Shown here piece by piece: positions 1 through 10,019 of a stretch of 64,000 bases of DNA. The notes below the pieces were generated by a model that saw nothing but the letters and a program-made list of their open reading frames with translations, did no database searches and was not told where the DNA came from. Origin of the DNA: a virus; the IMG/VR virus record IMGVR_UViG_3300042294_003292, positions 8,327-72,326 of that record, one strand, 5' to 3'. Position numbers and translations under genes: made by a program. Positions within the stretch are counted from its first letter, which is position 1. Each line of letters starts with the position of its first letter.

Positions 1-332
1 GTTACGATCAATCCATTTCCATCAATAGATGTGTCATGAATGTGATCTGGGATATTGAGGGTATCGTCGATTGTTGCAATTGTTCTCCAAGTGCCCTCAT
101 AAAAAATATTTACTCTTTCAACAATAGTGTCAAACCATAGCAATCCATTTGAAGGATTTTCTGGTGGCATAGAGCCAGATTGCATATTGCCAGAAATAGA
201 GTCTACGTACTCTTTTGTAGCTAAATGTCCAGGCAGAGTAGGGCTGGCCGCAGAAACACGTCCACCAAATAAACCGTCACCAGCTACTTGAATTCCGTGT
301 TTGACTTTAAAGTCTTTATTTACTGCGGTCAT
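1..332 (-). CDS. tail fibre/minor structural protein (runs off window)
   Basis: Manual translation MTAVNKDFKVKHGIQVAGDG...LWFDT; N-terminus paralogous to the adjacent 752-aa protein (KDFKIKSGL). Confidence 0.7.
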   Translation of the reverse strand, partial: MTAVNKDFKVKHGIQVAGDGLFGGRVSAASPTLPGHLATKEYVDSISGNMQSGSMPPENPSNGLLWFDTIVERVNIFYEGTWRTIATIDDTLNIPDHIHDTSIDGNGLIV

Positions 333-357
333 CCTACTACTCCCTGTTTTTTAATAG

Positions 358-2616
358 TTATACCAGTAATGTTCCCATTACCTTGATTGTTGAGCCGTTA
401 TTTGTTGGGGTAACAAGAAGCCTTACGTTACCGTTGCTTACATCAGCAGTAATTGCTGACGCAGAGCCATTAGTTCCAACAACAGCGTACTCTGTAATCG
501 CAATGTTGTCTGAAGAGTCAAGGGTCAAGAGAACCTCTGATACCTCAGTGTGTGATCCGTGTGCAACCTTTACTAGGAACTTTGCTGATCTGTAGTCTGC
601 AGCTGCAAAGCTGTAGGCAACAACGCTTTGGGCGGCATCTCCAGAAGAAGCTGCTGCAACCTGAGTGGCAATTGAATTGATATCAATTTCATCAAAGTTT
701 GGAACTACTGCTTCAAGAGCTGCTACTGCACGAGCGTCAGTAAAGTATAGGTTTGCATTTGGACCAGTGCCTTCAGCAAGATCATTGGTTGTAGAATCAG
801 CTACTCCATTTTCTGCAACAAAGTCAATTTTGTTTGATCCACTGTTGTAGGATACAGAGATGTTTGTCTGAGTTCCACCGTTGATTACGTCTGCAATAGC
901 CGAAACTGCTCGTTCTGGAGTAAAGTACTTGTTTGTAAGTCCTTCCACAAGATCGTCAGTATTAGAATCTGCAACACCATTTTCTGCAGTAATGGTTAGA
1001 CCATCTTCATTTCCAGTAATGGTAATGTTTGTCTTATTGGCATTTACCAAAAGATCTGCAGCAGATCCTTTTGCACGAGCATCTGTGAAGTATTCGTTAG
1101 TAAGGCCTTCTTCGATGTCATCAGTGTTTAGAGCAGAAATTTCCTGATCTGTGTAGAGCTTTGCATCAGCTTCTGCATTATCTGCATAGCCCTGGTAGGC
1201 GGTTGTAATCGCATTTTCACGCTGATCTGTGTATGCCTTTGCATCAACTTCTGCATCGGCTGCATACCCCTGAGCAGCAGCGTCTAGGTCTGAGATTTCT
1301 CCGTCAACATAAGACTTAGTTGCTGTAACGGTGTCGTCAATTGCAAACGAGTTTCCATTTAGGACTAGACCAGTACCTGCAACATACTCACCAGCACCAG
1401 AGAACTGGTCGAAGTTAATTGTGGATGTGCCTAGAGTAGTCACAGTATTTGTCTGAACCCATCCAGTACTTGCGTAAGTGTTACCTCCAGTTACGAAGGT
1501 AAAGTCACCACCCTGAATTTCTGCAGCAGAGTTGTAATCATCTGCACGTACCCAAGCACCAGGCTTGGCTAGATAGATACCATTCTGAGTAGCATTTGAC
1601 TGATCCTTAACAAGAACACGCTCATCTTCGTTCAGACCTACGCCATCAATTGTTAGCAAGCCACCTGTTGCAAGATCTACGTTTGCAGTTGTTGCAGCAA
1701 CAGCAGATGCGTGAACGTGTAGTCCCTCTGCAACTGCGTCTACGTACTGCTTTGTAGCTGCACCAAGTGCCTGGGTAGGGTCTCCAGGAAGAATAACATC
1801 ACCAGTGAAGGTTGCTCCAGCAAGTGGTGCATATAGAGCTGCTGCAGCTGAAGCTGCTGAGCTAATTGCATCTGACTCTGCCTGGTCTGCATAAGCCTTT
1901 AGAGAAGTGTCTAGTGCAGTAATTTCGTCATCTGTGTAGGAGTTGGCGGAACCAAGAGTTGCGGTATCTCCAGCGTCTACATAGTTCTTAGTTGTAGCAT
2001 CTGTACCAGCAGTAGGTGTTCCAAGATCTTCAATCTTGTTACCGTTCATGTCTAGAGCTACTGAAAGGTTGGTTCCAGCTCCCAGTGTCTTGTTTGTAAG
2101 TGTCTGAGAATCGCTAGTGCCAACAACAGCTCCAGTTACACCGTGTACCCCAGTTGTAGCAGAGTTGTGTGTTCCAAGCTCAGTGTCGGTATAGGCTTCC
2201 GCAGCATCAATTGCTTCGCCCTTAGCGGTAGCAACCTCTGCATCAGTAGCAAAATCGCCATCGATTACAGCTTGAATCTGAACATTTGATGTACCATCAA
2301 ACAATACTTCACCAGTAACATCACCAGTTAGCTCAATGGTACGAGCAGTTTCAAGTGCTGTTGCTGTATCTGCATTACCAGTAACGTCACCAGCTAGATC
2401 TGCTGTAATTGTTCCAGCAGCAAAGTTACCAGAGGCATCACGCTTTACAACTGTGCTTGGTGTGTTATCTGGTGTAGCGGTACCGCCAATGAGATCAATA
2501 ATGTAATCTTGATCATCTTCCTTTTTAGTCAAAACATCGTAGCCACCAACGGTTGCATTAGCACCTTCGACTACTAGTCCAGACTTAATCTTAAAGTCTT
2601 TTACGACTGTTGCCAT
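358..2616 (-). CDS. long tail fibre / minor structural protein
   Basis: 752 aa, A/T/G/D-rich; repeated ATKxYVD and TDDLxEGxTNxYFTxxRA motifs typical of phage fibres. Confidence 0.8.
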   Translation of the reverse strand: MATVVKDFKIKSGLVVEGANATVGGYDVLTKKEDDQDYIIDLIGGTATPDNTPSTVVKRDASGNFAAGTITADLAGDVTGNADTATALETARTIELTGDVTGEVLFDGTSNVQIQAVIDGDFATDAEVATAKGEAIDAAEAYTDTELGTHNSATTGVHGVTGAVVGTSDSQTLTNKTLGAGTNLSVALDMNGNKIEDLGTPTAGTDATTKNYVDAGDTATLGSANSYTDDEITALDTSLKAYADQAESDAISSAASAAAALYAPLAGATFTGDVILPGDPTQALGAATKQYVDAVAEGLHVHASAVAATTANVDLATGGLLTIDGVGLNEDERVLVKDQSNATQNGIYLAKPGAWVRADDYNSAAEIQGGDFTFVTGGNTYASTGWVQTNTVTTLGTSTINFDQFSGAGEYVAGTGLVLNGNSFAIDDTVTATKSYVDGEISDLDAAAQGYAADAEVDAKAYTDQRENAITTAYQGYADNAEADAKLYTDQEISALNTDDIEEGLTNEYFTDARAKGSAADLLVNANKTNITITGNEDGLTITAENGVADSNTDDLVEGLTNKYFTPERAVSAIADVINGGTQTNISVSYNSGSNKIDFVAENGVADSTTNDLAEGTGPNANLYFTDARAVAALEAVVPNFDEIDINSIATQVAAASSGDAAQSVVAYSFAAADYRSAKFLVKVAHGSHTEVSEVLLTLDSSDNIAITEYAVVGTNGSASAITADVSNGNVRLLVTPTNNGSTIKVMGTLLV

Positions 2617-2635
2617 TTTATATATCTCCTTTTAG

Positions 2636-3082
2636 TTATGCCTTAAGTCCCATACGAGCGAATCGTACAGTGACTGGCTTAATAGCTGAATCTGGGGTAA
2701 CAGTTAGTGCAACTGTATTTCCAGCTCTAGAGACAGTAATGGTGCCCATATTCCCATCGTTGTCTATTGTTCCATATTCGTTAACAGAGACATTCTGTCC
2801 GTCAACCAATAAAGTAAGTTCTGTGGCGTAGAAGAGGTTGTCCCCCTGTGTGGTCTTTGATATAGAAACAATGTACTTGACCATTCTCCACTGAGTTGCA
2901 TCAAAAGTATCGATGATTGTTGGATTTTCAATACCAAAAATCTCATTCTCATTGTTTCCAAATGTTCCTAGGTCAGTAGCCTGACCAGCAACGGTGTCAA
3001 TTAGATCTTCGTAGTCTGCCTGGCTAGGCCTGTCTCCAGTTTCGTATCTGGATTTTACATAGGGGATAGTTACTCTTGCCAT
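2636..3082 (-). CDS. virion structural protein
   Basis: 148 aa; C-terminal part resembles the C-terminal domain of the neighbouring fibre protein. Confidence 0.6.
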   Translation of the reverse strand: MARVTIPYVKSRYETGDRPSQADYEDLIDTVAGQATDLGTFGNNENEIFGIENPTIIDTFDATQWRMVKYIVSISKTTQGDNLFYATELTLLVDGQNVSVNEYGTIDNDGNMGTITVSRAGNTVALTVTPDSAIKPVTVRFARMGLKA

Positions 3083-3112
3083 GATTATTATTATAAATAG
3101 CTTTTTTAAAAA

Positions 3113-3337
3113 TCAGAGAATATAGTTGCTATAACCGATAATTTGTACGCCAATTCCTGGAACATTGTTATTTGAAAATCCAGGAATCTGAATTGATGTA
3201 AATCTTACTCGAAATGGTAACTCATCTAAAATCTTTACTCGTCCAGAACCATAAGATATCTTAGATCTAAAACTTCCAACCTCGTAGATCTTTCTAACCT
3301 TTTCTGGTTCAACAATCTTTATGGTTGCTTTTGCCAC
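3113..3337 (-). CDS. hypothetical protein
   Basis: 74-aa ORF in the structural operon. Confidence 0.6.
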   Translation of the reverse strand: MAKATIKIVEPEKVRKIYEVGSFRSKISYGSGRVKILDELPFRVRFTSIQIPGFSNNNVPGIGVQIIGYSNYIL

Positions 3338-3747
3338 TAGTCAGTTACATCCTCTAGCACAATAACGCTACCCTGGGCAACTGTCCAGACTTTTGCGTCT
3401 TGTGGCAACGATAGCTGAATGTCAAAAATGTCGCCTGTTTCTAAAACCTGAGACTGATCAGCTGTAATTGATACTGTAAATTCTCCTGGGCCGTCGTCTG
3501 GGGTAACGCTTGGAGTAAGATTCATTATTAGTGTAGCGTCATCAGAGATATCTCCTAATGACAATGAAGTATTAGGTCTCTTAATTTTCATATCAATTGA
3601 CCAGTCTTGGATAACTAATGGCTGCTTAGCATCATCAACAGCAAATACCCGAAATGCAGCAGTATCCCCTCTTACAAAGGTCCAAGATACGAATGGTGGC
3701 TTGTTTCCGACATCGACAAACCTAGAAGAACTTCTTGATACGGCCAT
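3337..3747 (-). CDS. BppU N-terminal-like baseplate/Ig-fold protein
   Basis: RGDT motif and YD/FD-I/L-Q beta strands; paralog of 8827 and 10020 ORFs. Confidence 0.55.
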   Translation of the reverse strand: MAVSRSSSRFVDVGNKPPFVSWTFVRGDTAAFRVFAVDDAKQPLVIQDWSIDMKIKRPNTSLSLGDISDDATLIMNLTPSVTPDDGPGEFTVSITADQSQVLETGDIFDIQLSLPQDAKVWTVAQGSVIVLEDVTD

Positions 3748-3775
3748 AAATAAATTATAACATAATTAAATAATC

Positions 3776-3805
3776 TTGACAGTTTTACCCAAATAGTGGT
3801 ATACT
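3776..3805 (+). promoter_or_regulatory. sigmaA-type promoter
   Basis: TTGACA-N18-TATACT with extended TG upstream of the NlpC/P60 gene. Confidence 0.7.
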
Positions 3806-3854
3806 TTTAGAACGAGACCCTTAAACAAGGTCTTTTTCCTTTAGGAGGTGCAAT

Positions 3855-4475
3855 TTGAATAAAAAAATTGCAATAGTAGGATCAGTATTAGTTTTGCTTG
3901 GTTGCTCCTCAGCAACTACTGCAGAAGAGCGTGTTGTCTCGTCTGCAATTTTTTATGAATCAAAGGCTGCGCCAAATAGCCTAAATGCCCTCTTGGGCAA
4001 AGAAGACAGAGTTACCCTGTTAGAAAAAGCTGTCAAAGAACGAATAGAAAAAAGAGAGGCCCAGAAGGCCAAGAATAGAGCAATTATTGAAAATCGGGTA
4101 GCTATTAGTAAAAGAACCAAAGAGCTTTCTAACTATGTTGGAAAAACTTGGTATGTTTTTTCTGGGTCTACCCCTGGTGGCTGGGACTGCTCTGGACTGG
4201 TTAAATGGTTCTACAAGGGTCTTGGAATTGAGCTTGAGCACTCAGCAACTAAACAAGCCAAATCTGGAATTCGTGTTAAAGAACCAGCAATAGGAGATAT
4301 AGTTGCCTTTAAGCACTTTAGTTCCAAAAAATATTTCCATGTTGGAATCTATATTGGTGATGGAAAAATTATCCACTCTAGAGAACCTGGAACGGTAACA
4401 GCAATATCAGAAATTACTGATAGCTGGTTTGATAGAAGTCATGTTCATTTTGTAAGAATTGTTGAGACGCAGTGA
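3855..4475 (+). CDS. NlpC/P60 cell-wall peptidase with N-terminal signal/lipobox
   Basis: WDCSGLV catalytic Cys, HVGIYIGDGKIIHS; LLGC lipobox-like; AGGAGG RBS. Confidence 0.9.
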   Translation: MNKKIAIVGSVLVLLGCSSATTAEERVVSSAIFYESKAAPNSLNALLGKEDRVTLLEKAVKERIEKREAQKAKNRAIIENRVAISKRTKELSNYVGKTWYVFSGSTPGGWDCSGLVKWFYKGLGIELEHSATKQAKSGIRVKEPAIGDIVAFKHFSSKKYFHVGIYIGDGKIIHSREPGTVTAISEITDSWFDRSHVHFVRIVETQ

Positions 4476-4972
4476 AAATAATATTGCTAGGATTAGTGGC
4501 TGGAATTGCCATATCGGCATCTATGTCATTAGGGGAGCCTCACCTATCTACCGACTCACAATCGCTAAAGGTTTCTAATAACAACAACGTATCATTTGAG
4601 CGTGGTAGTTACGAAATTGTAAAGGCTAAAATTGACAGAAGCAGTCAGCTATCAAAAAAAGAACTTGAAAAAATTCTTAGAATAGCTGGTTTTGATGACA
4701 GCAATATAGATATGGCTATTGCAATTGTTTATTATGAATCTACTTTTAGACCGATGGCACTAAACAGGTCTAGTAACTGCTATGGGCTATTTCAAATTAA
4801 CATGAGCGGTTCACTTGGAGAAAGCCGTAGGAAAAAGTATGGCCTATCTTCAAACGAAGATCTTTTCAATCCAGTAATTAATGCATCTATTGCATACAAA
4901 ATGTCTAATGGTGGCAAAAACTGGTCTGCATGGACAACAAGAGATCTTGCAGAGTCAAAAGTAAATAGCTAA
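4472..4972 (+). CDS. lytic transglycosylase / lysozyme-like secreted protein
   Basis: AIVYYES, YGLFQIN, NP..NA..A, WSAW motifs; signal peptide. Confidence 0.85.
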   Translation: MKIILLGLVAGIAISASMSLGEPHLSTDSQSLKVSNNNNVSFERGSYEIVKAKIDRSSQLSKKELEKILRIAGFDDSNIDMAIAIVYYESTFRPMALNRSSNCYGLFQINMSGSLGESRRKKYGLSSNEDLFNPVINASIAYKMSNGGKNWSAWTTRDLAESKVNS

Positions 4973-5217
4973 ACTTCTTCTTTTTCCCACTTGTGTAGTG
5001 GACACTCTGCGTGAGCAATAGTTGTTTTTGCCCTCATGAAGCATCCGCACTTCTTACAAGTTTTTGTTGTTTGAATTAACTCTGGGCAGATTTTACAAAT
5101 ATCATATCTTGCCTGAGCAATCTCCTTAGAGACATATTTGGTCTTTGGATTAACTAGGTCCCATGGCCTAGTCTCTCCCAGGTTTTCTTTCCACTGCTCC
5201 CACGGCGTTTTAGTCAT
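4969..5217 (-). CDS. Cys-rich DUF6171-like protein
   Basis: RYDICKICP...CKKCGCFM..K....ECPLHKW; paralog at 11813. Confidence 0.7.
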   Translation of the reverse strand: MTKTPWEQWKENLGETRPWDLVNPKTKYVSKEIAQARYDICKICPELIQTTKTCKKCGCFMRAKTTIAHAECPLHKWEKEEV

Positions 5218-5449
5218 CTAGTTCGTACCCTGGCCCCTCATCGTGCTGGTGCGGATTAATTGCTGGCTTATATAAGACACCATCAATTATTCTCCAGGAA
5301 GGAGAAATGTCTTCAAACTGAGTTACCTCTATAATCTCAGGAGAAGAACGCATTCCAGCAATAACTGGCTCAAAAGTTGGTTCTTCTGGAATTCTCATTG
5401 TGTGAAAGATTTCACCATTTACGGCAAATGCAAAGATTTTATCTGTCAT
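5210..5449 (-). CDS. hypothetical protein (probably leaderless)
   Basis: TGATATAAT 7 nt upstream of ATG 5449. Confidence 0.6.
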   Translation of the reverse strand: MTDKIFAFAVNGEIFHTMRIPEEPTFEPVIAGMRSSPEIIEVTQFEDISPSWRIIDGVLYKPAINPHQHDEGPGYELDD

Positions 5450-5478
5450 AAAATAAATTATATCATTCCTGCCAACAT

Positions 5479-6498
5479 TTAGCAACGTGGTGGACAGCCT
5501 GTTGAGAATCTAGGGAAGAATGGGAAGAATGGGAAGAATGGTGGGAAGAATGGACCGAATCTAGGAAAAAACGGTGGGAAAAATGGTGGGAAGAAGGGAG
5601 GGAAAAACGGTGGGAAAAATGGTGGGGTAGGGGCTGGACTAGAGCATCCCCTTGTCTGAATTCTTGAAGTTGAAGAACAGTCTGATGAATATGTCGTCAT
5701 AGACCTATCCTGATAACCGCCAACACAAGAACTCCATGGCCCATAAACCGTTTCACCGCAACATCTAGAATCTGTTTCTTTGTATGTAGTGCAATCAGAT
5801 CTGGTGCATGTCCTAGTTCCAGATTGCTGTCCTCCAGAGCAATCTGACCAAGTATACGAACCGCATCCTGTTGTGCAACAAGATCTTGTTGTTGTTTCTG
5901 TAACAACACTGCAATCGCTTCTTGTACACTGCCTTGTTCCTGTTTGAGTACCGCCAGAGCAGGCTGACCAAGTATATGAACCACAATTAGCAGTGCACGT
6001 TGGGGCTGGTGCTACATAACCACATTGTGCAGAAAGGGCAACGCTTTGAGTTGTAGTAGTTGGGGAACATGCCTGAATTTGTGTAGAGCTTGAGCCATCG
6101 CTATACTGATATGTTACAGTTCTTTCTCTTGAGTATGTCTCTGTAATAATTAAAGTAGTTCCGCTACAAAACGTTGATGTTGTAAATTGTCCAGTATTAG
6201 CGCAAGACCCGTCTATTGTATTTATTAAAATTACTGATGGCTGTGGTGGGGATATATAAGATAAGAAAATGAAACTTATCTCTGTCTCATAACTTATTAA
6301 TGTTCCAGCATCTACAGATTGGGCAACAACTTTGTTGTCAAGGGCGCTATTGGTTGTTGAAGTTGTTGATGTTTCGCCAACAAATACGAGGTTTGAAGAT
6401 GCTAATGCGCTCTTAGCTTCCTCCCTGGTAAGCCCATAAAGGTCTGGCATAACAACCATACCTTTTGATGAACCAAGTTTAGATAGAAGTCCTAGCAT
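5479..6498 (-). CDS. PASTA-domain protein with TSP1-like Cys repeats and (PPFF)n tail
   Basis: MPDLYGLTREEAK..L...VVAQS PASTA pattern; WSxCxGGxQxxxRxC repeats; PPFF repeats. Confidence 0.75.
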   Translation of the reverse strand: MLGLLSKLGSSKGMVVMPDLYGLTREEAKSALASSNLVFVGETSTTSTTNSALDNKVVAQSVDAGTLISYETEISFIFLSYISPPQPSVILINTIDGSCANTGQFTTSTFCSGTTLIITETYSRERTVTYQYSDGSSSTQIQACSPTTTTQSVALSAQCGYVAPAPTCTANCGSYTWSACSGGTQTGTRQCTRSDCSVVTETTTRSCCTTGCGSYTWSDCSGGQQSGTRTCTRSDCTTYKETDSRCCGETVYGPWSSCVGGYQDRSMTTYSSDCSSTSRIQTRGCSSPAPTPPFFPPFFPPFFPPFFPPFFPRFGPFFPPFFPFFPFFPRFSTGCPPRC

Positions 6499-6507
6499 CT
6501 CCTACCC

Positions 6508-7143
6508 CTATGCAGTCAAATCTCCAATTAGATACCAGGTGTTCTCTGCCTTTTTGATTAGCACAGCCTGAGAAAATCTTGATGAAATTTTTCTGTTTCC
6601 AAGCTTACTTAGAATAATGACCGTTTGAGCATTTGATGGGGCAAAGGAAGTTTGTCCAGTTCCAGCTTGAATAAATCCAAACTGAGTTCCTACTGGAATG
6701 GGATCTTGTGCGTTTGTTGGTATCGTAACTGTATTATTTGTTGAAATATTGATTTCTATTGTTCTTCCAGCGTCTGATGAGGACAGTGTAAAGTTTGATG
6801 TTTTTTCTAGCAGGCTTGCGTTGTCACCATAAAGCCTCCAGGATCCATTAAAGTAATACTGAAGCTGGTTTAGGGCATTTCCAGATGCGTTGTTTCTTAA
6901 AAAAGAGATTGCTCCATTTTGAGGAGAAGGAATAAGGGAATCTCTTTGTGCGGGGTTATCAAAATTATTTACCCCTAACCTAGAAATTAGTCCACCAGAT
7001 ACAGAAAGGGAATTTGCAAAAGTGTGGCTGCCGCTCCAGTTAAAATCTTGGGCTGTGTCTACAGAACCAGCTATTGGGAACCAGGTATCTGTTTCTTCGT
7101 TATAGATATAACCAAGCTTTCCAACTGAACTAATGTTAGACAT
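6508..7143 (-). CDS. tail fibre-associated structural protein
   Basis: C-terminal IPVGTQ...QAGTGQ...NTWYLIGDL domain common in phage fibres. Confidence 0.7.
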   Translation of the reverse strand: MSNISSVGKLGYIYNEETDTWFPIAGSVDTAQDFNWSGSHTFANSLSVSGGLISRLGVNNFDNPAQRDSLIPSPQNGAISFLRNNASGNALNQLQYYFNGSWRLYGDNASLLEKTSNFTLSSSDAGRTIEINISTNNTVTIPTNAQDPIPVGTQFGFIQAGTGQTSFAPSNAQTVIILSKLGNRKISSRFSQAVLIKKAENTWYLIGDLTA

Positions 7144-8021
7144 TACGCAATCTCCTTTGCTACTGCCTGAATAGTGTAACTAGCCGACTGCCCGTCAAAA
7201 GTTATCGTCTCTGATGACAAATTTTCAAGAACATAGGTTAGCAAAGATCCTTCTGGTACGGTTACGCTATCAATGTAGTGTATCTGTGGCACAGAAGCTC
7301 CATCGAAGTAAAATGATCCGAGAAGTGTTGGTGATTGCCCTGAGTTAATAAATCTTCTTAGGCCAATATTTCCCTGAGCTGACTGAAGAGCTTTTCCAAA
7401 AACAAAAGAAACCTCTACTTTTGAATTATCCTTTGTCGTAGTAATTGCTGGAGCTAGAGGAACAAGCGCTCCTGAATTTTGATACCCAAAAATTGGAGCT
7501 ATACCTAGGCCAGTCGCTGTTGCTGAGTCAAGTCCAACAATGCTGATTGATTGACCAGTAAGATCTACTACGTTAACTGCTCCTGCGGATGAAGAAGATC
7601 CAGAGGCCACTGTTTTCCAGGTCTCGTCCGCTTCGTCATAAACTTTAATTGCTTTTGTTACGCTATTTACCCATAAAAGGCCATTCTCTTGAGCTGATGG
7701 CTGAGATTCTTGATAATATGCTACAAAAAAGTTTTCATATATTGGTGCATTTGAGGTTGCATCTACCCAAATAGCACCGTCTGCCTTGCTTGAAGGCTCA
7801 TTTGGAGAATAGACAGAGCCAATTCCTAGTTGCTCTAGCGCTGTAAGCCTTACATTTGCTGCCTGCAGATGCCCAGCAACAGATGCTGGAGCTAGCTGTG
7901 AGATATTGGTTGGAACGGTTTTTGTCCCATAGTGAAAAATCTTCAAGGCATCCTGAATATTTGCATTTTCAGTAAGACTTGGTATCTGAGTCGAAAATAT
8001 CGATCCTATTGATTCTGGCAT
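7143..8021 (-). CDS. minor tail protein
   Basis: P...G.(I/L)WV(D/N) fibre repeats; structural operon context. Confidence 0.65.
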   Translation of the reverse strand: MPESIGSIFSTQIPSLTENANIQDALKIFHYGTKTVPTNISQLAPASVAGHLQAANVRLTALEQLGIGSVYSPNEPSSKADGAIWVDATSNAPIYENFFVAYYQESQPSAQENGLLWVNSVTKAIKVYDEADETWKTVASGSSSSAGAVNVVDLTGQSISIVGLDSATATGLGIAPIFGYQNSGALVPLAPAITTTKDNSKVEVSFVFGKALQSAQGNIGLRRFINSGQSPTLLGSFYFDGASVPQIHYIDSVTVPEGSLLTYVLENLSSETITFDGQSASYTIQAVAKEIA

Positions 8022-8070
8022 AGTTATGTAGTCTCCACGACTATTGTATCATAATACTATTAAAACATTG

Positions 8071-8823
8071 TTATTGGGAATCTTGCTCTGAAGTGTTTCC
8101 AATATTTGCAGTTACCGCAATATTCAAAGATCTAATGCCAGTAAGGGGCTGCCAAGAAACTACGGGTAGCGTTGTTTCTGGGTCAATTATAACAGTTGAC
8201 TCTAATGCGCTAATAAGTACTGGAAGAAATACCGTACCCTGAACTTCGTTAGCAAGAATTGGTCCAAGAGTTACAGAGCTAGATATTGGATTATTTACGA
8301 TACCGAGACCTGATGGGTTGTTTATTGGATCAAAAAGCTCTGGGTCGTTTTTTGCAAGAATACTATACTGAACGTTAAAATTAGCAGAATCTAGGATTCC
8401 TAATTCATCTATAGAGAAGAAGTCGTTCAATGGGAAAATTAGTCCTGGCAGCTTCTGCTCATTTACTGTTCTAACTGCTTGGCCATTCAAAAACTCAACG
8501 TCAATATTGGCAATTGCTGTATTTGGAATTAGCCTTAAAATTCTTTCCCAGGTTGCAACACCATTTACATTTTGGTACTGATACAAAAATAGATATTCAT
8601 TATCTGATGGCTTTAGATTAATATAGAAATCAAAAATTTGTGGTGTTGACTGTGCTGGAAGCGATGCAGAAAGAATGGTGACATTATCATCAGTTGGCTT
8701 TCCATCACCAGTAAAGATATAGGTTCCTCTTGAGCCAGGTGGGCCGAAGTCTAGAGACAGGTTTAGTTCTGATGGCCCTCCTAGAACTGACAACTGGTCA
8801 TTAGAAAATACAACATCTACCAT
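8071..8823 (-). CDS. virion structural protein
   Basis: 250 aa with FGPPGSRG collagen-like start; context. Confidence 0.6.
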   Translation of the reverse strand: MVDVVFSNDQLSVLGGPSELNLSLDFGPPGSRGTYIFTGDGKPTDDNVTILSASLPAQSTPQIFDFYINLKPSDNEYLFLYQYQNVNGVATWERILRLIPNTAIANIDVEFLNGQAVRTVNEQKLPGLIFPLNDFFSIDELGILDSANFNVQYSILAKNDPELFDPINNPSGLGIVNNPISSSVTLGPILANEVQGTVFLPVLISALESTVIIDPETTLPVVSWQPLTGIRSLNIAVTANIGNTSEQDSQ

Positions 8824-8826
8824 GTT

Positions 8827-9198
8827 TTATGCCCCAGTTACTTGATCTGTTATTGATAGGTTTCCAGTAAGGAGTGTAAAGACTTTGTTGTATGGCGAAT
8901 CTGTTTTGTTGATTTCAACGTCATAGACATACTCTCTTGTTGCATCTAGTGCATCGCCATCGTCTGGTCTTATCGCACAAGTAATATGCGTTCTGTCTAG
9001 AGAGATTTCGGCATAAGCCTCTACCTTGGTTGGTCGACCATCAATACCTCTCTCAGTAGAGATAGTAAATTTAACACCATTAATTCTGTCATAGCCTTCT
9101 AGGCTAAAGCTTTGCCCATTGGTTAGCTTCGGGTAGATCTTAAACTCGTACGTGTCACCACGGTAGTAGTTAATATTAAAATTAGCTGGAAATGCCAT
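8827..9198 (-). CDS. BppU N-terminal-like protein
   Basis: YRGDT...YVYDVEI...LLTG. Confidence 0.6.
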   Translation of the reverse strand: MAFPANFNINYYRGDTYEFKIYPKLTNGQSFSLEGYDRINGVKFTISTERGIDGRPTKVEAYAEISLDRTHITCAIRPDDGDALDATREYVYDVEINKTDSPYNKVFTLLTGNLSITDQVTGA

Positions 9199-9215
9199 AG
9201 GATTATTATAGCATG

Positions 9216-9923
9216 CTACATTACATAAACAGTAAAACTTTTAATCTTTAATAGGCAGTCATAATCTGACCGAATTTCAGTAAAGATTCCGTTTTGTCTT
9301 TCGATCATTTTTTCAATGATCATGGCATGTTCTGTTGAGACGCTATATGTGTGGGGATACTTAAAGCTTGCCAAAAAGGTCGACTGCTCCTGCTCATCCA
9401 TAGTTGATCTGCACCAAAGCTCTGTATTTGGGACAAGGCTCTCGACCTCAAATTCATATACAACCCTGACAATAGAGCCTATATTTAGGCCTTTTAGGTT
9501 TATTAGCTTAGAATTCTTGTTGTATAGCGTTCCGCTGCCATCTGGCAGATAGTCTTCTATAAATCTGTCGACATCAACAGAAACCTTGACCCACCCCTCA
9601 TCACCCTGGTCTGCCCCTAAACGATAAGTCTTTTTGCCAGAGTCGTAATATTTTGCAAATCCTGGGTTTTGGTTGTTTTTAAGGATAAATGGACTGCCAT
9701 CTTTTCCATCTTTGCCATTCAGGCCTGGCTTTCCATCTTCGCCTTTTGGACCTCTTTCACCCTTGGGACCAACTTCTCCCTTTGGCCCCTGCTCTCCTCT
9801 TGGTCCCGCTGGTCCAGGAATAGATATAAAGTTTTCTTGCCTTGGAGCTGAGGTATTTTGAACTAGCTCAGCATATCTATTCTTAGACTCTACTGGAAAT
9901 GACATATTTTTAGATAGTGCCAA
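9216..9923 (-). CDS. collagen-like (Gly-X-Y) structural protein
   Basis: GPAGPRGEQGPKGEVGPKGERGPKGEDGKPG. Confidence 0.8.
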   Translation of the reverse strand: MALSKNMSFPVESKNRYAELVQNTSAPRQENFISIPGPAGPRGEQGPKGEVGPKGERGPKGEDGKPGLNGKDGKDGSPFILKNNQNPGFAKYYDSGKKTYRLGADQGDEGWVKVSVDVDRFIEDYLPDGSGTLYNKNSKLINLKGLNIGSIVRVVYEFEVESLVPNTELWCRSTMDEQEQSTFLASFKYPHTYSVSTEHAMIIEKMIERQNGIFTEIRSDYDCLLKIKSFTVYVM

Positions 9924-10019
9924 TTACAGCTCCTTATTTTTTAACTGGAAAAGACTTTCCGCCAACCTTAATTACTGAGGGTAGATCTTTAGGGGTATTA
10001 CTTACTCTTACAACTGGCA

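Noticed and set aside
383-1147. Short + strand ORFs opposite the tail fibre gene (and similar ones opposite katG, nrdE, dnaE)
   Set aside because: Shadow frames without RBS or recognisable motifs
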